Shown here piece by piece: positions 58,412 to 64,000 of a stretch of 64,000 nt of DNA. The DNA is from a virus. A program made the translations under genes and the position numbers. The stretch is taken from the IMG/VR virus record IMGVR_UViG_3300015202_000003, positions 134,096 through 198,095 of that record. One strand, 5' to 3'. Below the pieces are notes generated by a model. That model saw only the letters and a list, made by a program, of their open reading frames with translations, was not told where the DNA came from and did not search any database. Position 1 is the stretch's first letter. Each line of letters opens with the position of its first letter.

Positions 58412-59585
58412 ACGTTCAATAAAAACGAGGTTAAATTTAAATACAACTGAGAAAATTAAATTGTCTCGGTTTGGAGGGTTGTCTCGTTTCATTTATAATT
58501 GGGGTTTAGAAAGAAGGGTTGAATATTACAGGGAGGCTAAAAAAACTTTATCTTATCCTGCTCAGAATTTAGAGTTGACAAAGTTAAAGAAAGATAATCT
58601 TTGGATGGGAGAGATTTCTAAATGGGTTGGTCAAGATGCTTTGCGAAGGTTAGATGTAGCTTACAATAATTATTTTAAAAGTTTAAAGAATAAATTGGTT
58701 TCTAAGAAAAAGAAAAAAAGAAAGAAAAAGAAGAAATATACTGAAAATCAAATTAAGTTAAGACAGCACGTTGAAAGTTTTCCTAAATTAAAAAAGAAGA
58801 GAGACAATTCTGACAGTTTTACTTTTCCTGCATCTGCCAATTTAGTAGAGGTTAAAGGTGACAGAGTTAAATTACCTAAATTGGGCTGGTTAAAAACCTT
58901 TGAAACCATAGAAGATAAGATTAAAGGTAGACTTTTATCTGCAACAGTTTCTCAAGAGGGGGAGTTTTGGAACATTTCTTTAAATTATGAATTTGAACAA
59001 GAGCCAGAAAAACATAAAGGAGAATCTGTAGGAATTGATTTGGGGATAAAAACATTAGCCACACTTTCTAATGGAGCAACAGTAGAAAACCCTAAATTTT
59101 TAAAAAATTCCGAAAAGAAATTGAAAAGAGAGCAGCGTTGGCTAAGTAGAAAAAAGAAAGGTTCAAAAAATTTTTTGAAGCAGAAAACCAAACTTCAAAG
59201 AGTTCATAGAACAATTAGAAATCAACGTTTAGATAATTTGCACAAAACAACCTCCTATTTAACAAAAAAGTTTTATGTAATTTGTTTAGAAGATTTAAAT
59301 ATTAAAGGTATGTTATCTAATCATAAGTTAGCTAAACATATCCAAGATTGTTCTTTTTACGAATTTAAGAGACAGTTAATTTATAAATCTGAGTTAACGG
59401 GTTCTTATATTTCTTTAATTTCAAGATGGTTTCCTTCAAGTAAGTTGTGTTTTTCTTGCGGTGTTGTAAATGACAAATTAACATTAAAAGACAGGACTTG
59501 GTTGTGTGATTGTGGAATTAAGCATGACAGAGATTTAAATGCTTCTCGAAACATAGAAAGAGAAGGTTTAAGATTATTAGTTTAG
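58401..59585 (+). CDS. tnpB: TnpB RNA-guided nuclease
   Basis: RFIYNWGL, RuvC GIDLG / LEDL / DRDLNAS, zinc ribbon CFSCG...CDCG. Confidence 0.95.
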   Translation: MLNRRSIKTRLNLNTTEKIKLSRFGGLSRFIYNWGLERRVEYYREAKKTLSYPAQNLELTKLKKDNLWMGEISKWVGQDALRRLDVAYNNYFKSLKNKLVSKKKKKRKKKKKYTENQIKLRQHVESFPKLKKKRDNSDSFTFPASANLVEVKGDRVKLPKLGWLKTFETIEDKIKGRLLSATVSQEGEFWNISLNYEFEQEPEKHKGESVGIDLGIKTLATLSNGATVENPKFLKNSEKKLKREQRWLSRKKKGSKNFLKQKTKLQRVHRTIRNQRLDNLHKTTSYLTKKFYVICLEDLNIKGMLSNHKLAKHIQDCSFYEFKRQLIYKSELTGSYISLISRWFPSSKLCFSCGVVNDKLTLKDRTWLCDCGIKHDRDLNASRNIEREGLRLLV

Positions 59586-59757
59586 TATTATTTTTGACCG
59601 TTGGCTTGACGGCAGTAACGCTTGCGGACTAAGAGGCTCTGGACTTTAGGGTTTAGAAATAAATTTTCAAGTTGAAACTTTTTAGAATGAAGCAGGAACT
59701 AAGAATTGTTCGCAATTGAGCATGAATTAGAAAGCAGAGAACAAACTACAGGTCAAA
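59586..59757 (+). ncRNA. TnpB omegaRNA (scaffold to 59737, guide from 59738)
   Basis: ccgttggcttgacgg hairpin, taacgcttgcgga...tgaagcaggaa motif and element end, all immediately after tnpB. Confidence 0.7.
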
Positions 59758-59867
59758 GAGAAGTTTCAAATTTTCCGTTAAAAGACTTTAATAAGACGGG
59801 AGACAACGAATGGCATTTAGTTTTGGACAGTAGAGTTGTAGCTAAATATATAGAGGTTTAGTTAAAA

Positions 59868-60092
59868 ATGTTATCTAAAACTAATTTGTTTATCTGTCCC
59901 CGTTGTGGAGGTTTAATGGCAAAGGCTTTTTACTTAGGTTTTCCCGGCAGGATGTGTTTGGACAAAAACTGCGCTACACTCATTGGCCCCGCTTATTGGG
60001 TAGCTACAACTTTTTTCATCGGCCCTATTATTTGTTATAAAGGTTCTTATTTTAAATTGCTGTGGAATTTTTTGTTGGGTAGATTAAATTAA
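59868..60092 (+). CDS. Small hypothetical protein with CPRCG
   Basis: 74-aa ORF with four Cys in a zinc-ribbon-like spacing. Confidence 0.6.
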   Translation: MLSKTNLFICPRCGGLMAKAFYLGFPGRMCLDKNCATLIGPAYWVATTFFIGPIICYKGSYFKLLWNFLLGRLN

Positions 60093-60098
60093 AAAATT

Positions 60099-60383
60099 AT
60101 GATTGAAAACATTAAAGTTGAGATTCTAAATCGGCGTCATACTAATCTTCAAAATGATGTTCTTGGTTTTTCTGACAAAAAAATTGATAAGGCAGTAGAA
60201 CAAAAATTAATTGACCGTTACCCTATGCGTTCTAATTTTTATCTTCCTGCACATGTAAGAATTGCACATAGACAGCTTCGCAATGTGACTGGTAAAATCT
60301 TAAAGAAGGTTTGTAACCGTTACAGGCGTCATACGATTAAAAAAGAGACTGAAAGTGAATTTGAGGATTACGGAGAATTTTGA
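60099..60383 (+). CDS. Hypothetical protein
   Basis: 94-aa ORF in a tightly packed operon. Confidence 0.65.
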   Translation: MIENIKVEILNRRHTNLQNDVLGFSDKKIDKAVEQKLIDRYPMRSNFYLPAHVRIAHRQLRNVTGKILKKVCNRYRRHTIKKETESEFEDYGEF

Positions 60384-60449
60384 CAGGTTGAAAGAAGTTC
60401 GTCTATCTCATTTAGAGAACTTTGAGGGTTTATACATTTCTCTCCGATT

Positions 60450-60710
60450 ATGATTGGGAGATTCAAAAATCAAAACCGATTAAGTTTTAACATGAAAATT
60501 TTTCCTTTTATTATTTGCGGTTCTTATTCTTTTGTTTTAAGGTGGTCACAAACGAAAGACCCTTTTTGGTGGAATACTTATTCTAAAACATCAAATCAAA
60601 TAACCGGACATATTTTTGGTTTTTCTTGTTTCAAAAACGAGGGTAAATATAAAGGTTATGAATTTGTTTTTGGTAGATTAGCTTTTTCTATAATGAAGGA
60701 TTTAACTTGA
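60450..60710 (+). CDS. Hypothetical protein
   Basis: 86-aa ORF. Confidence 0.5.
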   Translation: MIGRFKNQNRLSFNMKIFPFIICGSYSFVLRWSQTKDPFWWNTYSKTSNQITGHIFGFSCFKNEGKYKGYEFVFGRLAFSIMKDLT

Positions 60711-60722
60711 GGTTTTAGTTAT

Positions 60723-61205
60723 ATGAAAAAAGAAATTAATTGGGGAAAAGTCTGTTTAGATTTAAGTTTAATTTTCGAGTTGCCTAAATTAGAACCTTAT
60801 GGTTTTTCAAATTCTCCTTTTACGGATAATTTAACTTATTTTAGATTACAAGGTAAAAAATTAAAGTCTAAACGAGAGCGCAGAAATAAAACCCAGATTT
60901 TTTTTTCTAATAGCAATGGACAATTCACTTCTTTGTTAGATGTGGACAGGGCTAATAGGGGAAAATTTAAAAGAATAACTTCTTTATGGAACTGGGATTT
61001 TACAGATTTCAAAAAAGAAAGTTATTGGTTGATGTGTTACGCTCAAAGTTTAGGTTTTGACATTGATTTTTTAGAAGGTATGATAAAAAGTAATTTCTCT
61101 AATCACGACATTTTAGAATTTTATTTGGGTTATCAAGAAAGAGTCAAAGAGTTAGGGTCACATTTATATTTTTTAGAAAATTTAACGCGCAGGAACACTG
61201 CGTAG
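60723..61205 (+). CDS. Hypothetical protein
   Basis: 160-aa ORF; its last codons run into the orphan IS end. Confidence 0.65.
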   Translation: MKKEINWGKVCLDLSLIFELPKLEPYGFSNSPFTDNLTYFRLQGKKLKSKRERRNKTQIFFSNSNGQFTSLLDVDRANRGKFKRITSLWNWDFTDFKKESYWLMCYAQSLGFDIDFLEGMIKSNFSNHDILEFYLGYQERVKELGSHLYFLENLTRRNTA

Positions 61206-61262
61206 AAAGCATATCTCAGTGAAGTAAGAATTGTTCACAATTGAGCATAGCTTAGAAAGCAG
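61182..61262 (+). mobile_element. Orphan IS607 right-end/omegaRNA-tail copy
   Basis: taagaattgttcacaattgagcatagcttagaaagcag matches 59700-59737 (taagaattgttcgcaattgagcatgaattagaaagcag) with 4 mismatches. Confidence 0.8.
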
Positions 61263-61690
61263 TGTCAAATAAAACGGAAGTTATAAAAATAAACAGAAAA
61301 ATAATCCAACAGTGTTTTCAAATTTCTATTTTAAACAACACGAAAGAGAAGCATCCTGAATACGAACATCACCCACATTTTTCCTTTATCATTCAAGATG
61401 GAAAACTTCTGGAATGGGGAATAAATCGAAAGGGGGATTCACATTTTAATTTTGGCTACCCCAATTATTCTAAAATTCATGCTGAAACAGAAGCCTATCG
61501 CAAAGCGAAGGGTATACTAAACCATCAAAAAAAATGGAGTTGCATTAACATACGATTGGATAAGAAAAACAACTTAAAAATAAGTTGTCCTTGTGAGAGA
61601 TGTTTTAATTTTCTTTCTTACGTTGGATGTTCGCGTGTGTTTTTTAGCACTCCAGTAGGGTTTTCTTCTGCTGTTCTCTCTCAAATTTAA
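61262..61690 (+). CDS. Zn-dependent cytidine/dCMP deaminase-superfamily protein
   Basis: HAE...PCERC motifs, with HFSFI, GIN and FFST framework. Confidence 0.85.
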   Translation: MSNKTEVIKINRKIIQQCFQISILNNTKEKHPEYEHHPHFSFIIQDGKLLEWGINRKGDSHFNFGYPNYSKIHAETEAYRKAKGILNHQKKWSCINIRLDKKNNLKISCPCERCFNFLSYVGCSRVFFSTPVGFSSAVLSQI

Positions 61691-61691
61691 A

Positions 61692-61892
61692 ATGTTAAAA
61701 AGTTATTTTGTAATAGGAAAACCTATTTCTTCCAAAGATAATAATGTAATTGTAATCTGCGACAAAAATAGATATTCTGAATACATAGGAAGAAAAAATA
61801 AGTTTTTCATAGATGTTGACAAAGAGACTTACGAAAAAACACAGGTAGGAGACTATTATTTGTATGAAGAAGACAATTTGAAATTTGTGTGA
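61692..61892 (+). CDS. Small hypothetical protein
   Basis: Ends VDKETYEKTQVGDYY, an OB/SH3-like motif. Confidence 0.55.
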   Translation: MLKSYFVIGKPISSKDNNVIVICDKNRYSEYIGRKNKFFIDVDKETYEKTQVGDYYLYEEDNLKFV

Positions 61893-61908
61893 TTTTTAAC
61901 TTTTCTAA

Positions 61909-61937
61909 TTGTCAGTGTAATAAATATAAATTATAAT
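61909..61937 (+). promoter_or_regulatory. Near-consensus sigma70 promoter upstream of the HigA-like gene
   Basis: TTGTCA-N17-TATAAT. Confidence 0.7.
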
Positions 61938-61984
61938 TTTTAACCTTGTCTTGTTTGTTTCACTGTAGACAGGGTAAAATTAAC

Positions 61985-62206
61985 ATGACACTCACACCGA
62001 AAATCATTAAGACCGAAGATGATTACGAAGCGGCCTTGGCGCGCATCGAAGAAGTCATGGATGCCGAAGTTGGCACTCCTGAGGGCGACGAATTAGAGCT
62101 TTTGTCTCTTATAGCTGAACAATACGAAGATAAAACTGCTCCTATCAGCCCACCTGATCCTATCAGCGCGATTCGCTTTCGCATAGAACAAGAGGGCCTC
62201 TTTTAA
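61985..62206 (+). CDS. HigA-type antitoxin N-terminal domain lacking the HTH
   Basis: IIKTEDDYEAALARIEEVMDAEVGTPEGDELELL...YE...PPDPISAIRFRIEQEGL, then a stop where the XRE-HTH normally starts. Confidence 0.8.
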   Translation: MTLTPKIIKTEDDYEAALARIEEVMDAEVGTPEGDELELLSLIAEQYEDKTAPISPPDPISAIRFRIEQEGLF

Positions 62207-62401
62207 TTTTAGTTATTAAAAAACTTAGAGTCTTCGTTCTTCGTATTTTGTCTTTTAAAGAGAAAATACAATGTTAAATTTCTATGAATTTCAACAAACC
62301 AATAGCAAATGTTCTTATAGTTTAAACGACAAAGTGTGTCCTTTAGTTGTTATAGAAGCGGAGAAAGAATCTTATGCTATAATAGTTGCAGAAGAGTTTA
62401 A

Positions 62402-62833
62402 ATGAATATTATGAGAAAACCTATTGAACCTAAGAAACCTTTGCCTCCTGTAAGGGAGCCTCTTGTGTTAAAAGAGTTGAGTTTACGAGAATCAAATTTA
62501 AACTTTGTTTCGACTTTGGCAGATATAAACAAATTTTTTGAGGGTTCTGATTTAAACAATGTCAAACTTTCAGAAGAGTCTTACTATACTGGTTGGGGTG
62601 AAGCTGAAGATTGTAGAACTTATTTAGTTCTTAAAGAATTTGTTCTTGATAACTCCGTCGATAAAAGTTTTCATATAGCTCAAAAAATTTATTTAAATCA
62701 TTTAACTGTTTACGAAGATAAAATTAAAATTTATTTAGATCAGTTGGAGAAATGGAAAAAGTTTAAAGCTATAAAAGAACAGGAAGAAGAGAAAGAGCAG
62801 TTAAAAAAATTAAAGGGGAAATATGAGTTTTGA
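62402..62833 (+). CDS. Hypothetical protein with C-terminal coiled coil
   Basis: 143-aa ORF ending EQLKKLKGKY. Confidence 0.7.
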   Translation: MNIMRKPIEPKKPLPPVREPLVLKELSLRESNLNFVSTLADINKFFEGSDLNNVKLSEESYYTGWGEAEDCRTYLVLKEFVLDNSVDKSFHIAQKIYLNHLTVYEDKIKIYLDQLEKWKKFKAIKEQEEEKEQLKKLKGKYEF

Positions 62834-63104
62834 AGTAACACCTGAACAAAGCAGTAAAATAAATGAGTGGTTAATGAAAGAAATTTACCCTCAAGTTATA
62901 GAAAAACAAAAGCAAGACCTTTTTTATTTAAACCACCCTTTTGCAAAAAAATCTTGGGAGGATGGTTGTCCTGAAACGGGGGCAATTGGCGGAGGTGTAA
63001 CATTTGAATTTACGCCTACTGGTTTAGGTGTAATTTTTGTTGTAAGGGAAACTTTAACTTCAGAAAAAAATACGTTAAATTTAACGGATTACGATAAGTG
63101 GTAA
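62823..63104 (+). CDS. Hypothetical phage protein (GAIGG..TF.FTPTGLG motif)
   Basis: 93-aa ORF with a conserved-looking motif, ending LTDYDKW. Confidence 0.7.
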   Translation: MSFEVTPEQSSKINEWLMKEIYPQVIEKQKQDLFYLNHPFAKKSWEDGCPETGAIGGGVTFEFTPTGLGVIFVVRETLTSEKNTLNLTDYDKW

Positions 63105-63234
63105 AAGAAGAGAAAATTAAAATTAAAAATTTTAAAAAGAATTACAACATGAAACGTTCTCTCAAAAATATAAGGGATATGTTAGAAAAAACAAAGAACT
63201 TTAATTTTATTCCTGAACCTCTTTCCCGGCGCAC

Positions 63235-63363
63235 ATGGTTAAGGAAACAGGACTCATTGCCAGCACCGTGCGATCTTGGGCAGATTTGGGCATCGAAGCT
63301 CTGTTCAAAATCTTCCGCGCGTTGGATTGCCGACTGAGACTCGAATACACCCTCAACGACTAA
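63235..63363 (+). pseudogene. Truncated XRE/Cro-like HTH fragment
   Basis: MVKETGLIASTVRSWADLGIEALFKIFRALDCRLRLEY in GC-richer DNA. Confidence 0.45.
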
Positions 63364-63405
63364 CCAATCGCCACCGGAGTCAAGTCCGGTGGCATAACAC
63401 ACACT

Positions 63406-63576
63406 ATGACAAATCCAACACAACAACAAGCCGCGCAACTCGCGCCTTGCATCGCCCTGACCTGCAAATTTGAGCAGAACAGTTTTTATCCCAACTTCGG
63501 CGCGTGGGAACAACTCGGCATCGGTTCGGGCTATGCGCTCCGCGACGGGATTGGCCCCAAAGGAGGTGCCGAATGA
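63406..63576 (+). CDS. Small hypothetical protein of prophage type
   Basis: 56 aa; ends in GGAGGT...ATGA coupling to the next gene. Confidence 0.55.
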   Translation: MTNPTQQQAAQLAPCIALTCKFEQNSFYPNFGAWEQLGIGSGYALRDGIGPKGGAE

Positions 63577-63815
63577 ACCACACTGCATGGATAGCCACCG
63601 CCAAGGTCTTCGATAACATCGGCTCCCTTTGTTTTTACGGCCTTGCAATTGTCGGGATTTTCGTGTTCCTTGTCGCCGTAGCCGCAACAGTCCAACTTCT
63701 CGCCGAAGCTGTCAGGGAAGGGGACGGGGTCGTTTTCGTGATGTGGCTGGTCACCCTCCTCCTAATGGGGTGCGGGGTGGCAGTAATTGCCCGAATGTTT
63801 GAGGGAACCCTATAA
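63573..63815 (+). CDS. Small two-TM membrane protein
   Basis: ATG at 63573 with GGAGG SD; two hydrophobic segments. Confidence 0.6.
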   Translation: MNHTAWIATAKVFDNIGSLCFYGLAIVGIFVFLVAVAATVQLLAEAVREGDGVVFVMWLVTLLLMGCGVAVIARMFEGTL

Positions 63816-63889
63816 GACTCTTCAAAAAGCAAACTCTCTTCGGCTGCGATGCGATAGGCGATGCCGACGTTTCTTACAACGAATTTGAT

Positions 63890-63920
63890 TTGAAAGCCCC
63901 CTGCTTTAGCGGGAGGATGA
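63890..63920 (+). mobile_element. IS200/IS605-like terminal hairpin remnant
   Basis: tgaaagccccctgctttagcgggaggatga has the same gctttagc loop as the hairpin at 54860. Confidence 0.45.
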
Positions 63921-64000
63921 AAAATCTTTCCTTGCAAAAAACGAGATTAAAAATATTTGAAACTTATTCTTCTTAGATTCGTTTCTAACATTAACGCGCA

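Larger units (their letters stand above)
57725..59737 (+). mobile_element. IS607-family element (tnpA + tnpB)
   Basis: Serine-recombinase tnpA overlapping tnpB; right end ...TAGAAAGCAG; left end approximate (57725-57741). Confidence 0.88.
55651..62255 (+). repeat. Three ~38-bp copies of aaaaaactTAGAATCTTCGTTCTTCGTATTTTGTCTTT (near 55651, 56276, 62218)
   Basis: Near-identical intergenic copies, each just upstream of an accessory ORF. Confidence 0.85.

Noticed and set aside
57725-59737. IS607 element as an IStron (group I intron fusion)
   Set aside because: Fewer than 60 nt lie between the inferred left end and tnpA, leaving no room for a group I ribozyme core.
55651-62255. 38-bp repeats as a CRISPR array
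   Set aside because: Copies are separated by whole genes (0.6-6 kb), not 30-40-nt spacers, and there are no cas genes.
63142-63687. 181-aa minus-strand ORF
   Set aside because: It is a by-product of local high G+C; the + strand shows SD-linked, ATGA-coupled genes instead.

Overview
The window is about 64 kb of an AT-rich, large contractile-tailed phage genome with T4-like morphogenesis genes, almost all on the + strand. Bases 1-51,500 hold the virion module. The head part runs from the 3' end of an intein-containing portal gene, through a ~12.5 kb insert (two small paralog families, a tandem double MoxR-type AAA+ ATPase, an HExxH metallopeptidase and a vWA protein), to the prohead protease/scaffold, major capsid, internal-head candidates and neck genes. 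The tail part has sheath, tube, tail chaperone (apparent +1 frameshift), tape measure with two peptidoglycan-hydrolase domains, baseplate and fibre genes, and an M15-type endolysin candidate. It ends with a holin-like membrane gene overlapping a gene for an unusual TM-coiled-coil-PAS-pseudoreceiver protein. Bases 51,600-64,000 are accessory: 5'-3' exonuclease, degenerate macrodomain, zinc-knuckle protein, tRNA-Arg(UCU), an IS607 element (tnpA/tnpB/omegaRNA) plus an orphan copy of its right end, IS200/IS605-like solo hairpins, a deaminase, an HTH-less HigA-like antitoxin and a GC-richer prophage-like fragment. A conserved intergenic hairpin GAA-TCTTCG-TTC recurs about ten times in both orientations. 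The best candidates for undescribed biology are the AAA-AAA/peptidase/vWA cluster in the head module, the PAS-pseudoreceiver membrane pair at the lysis position, the dispersed hairpin element, and the orphan TnpB right-end/guide locus. All assignments come from motif reading by eye and synteny; no database searches were run.
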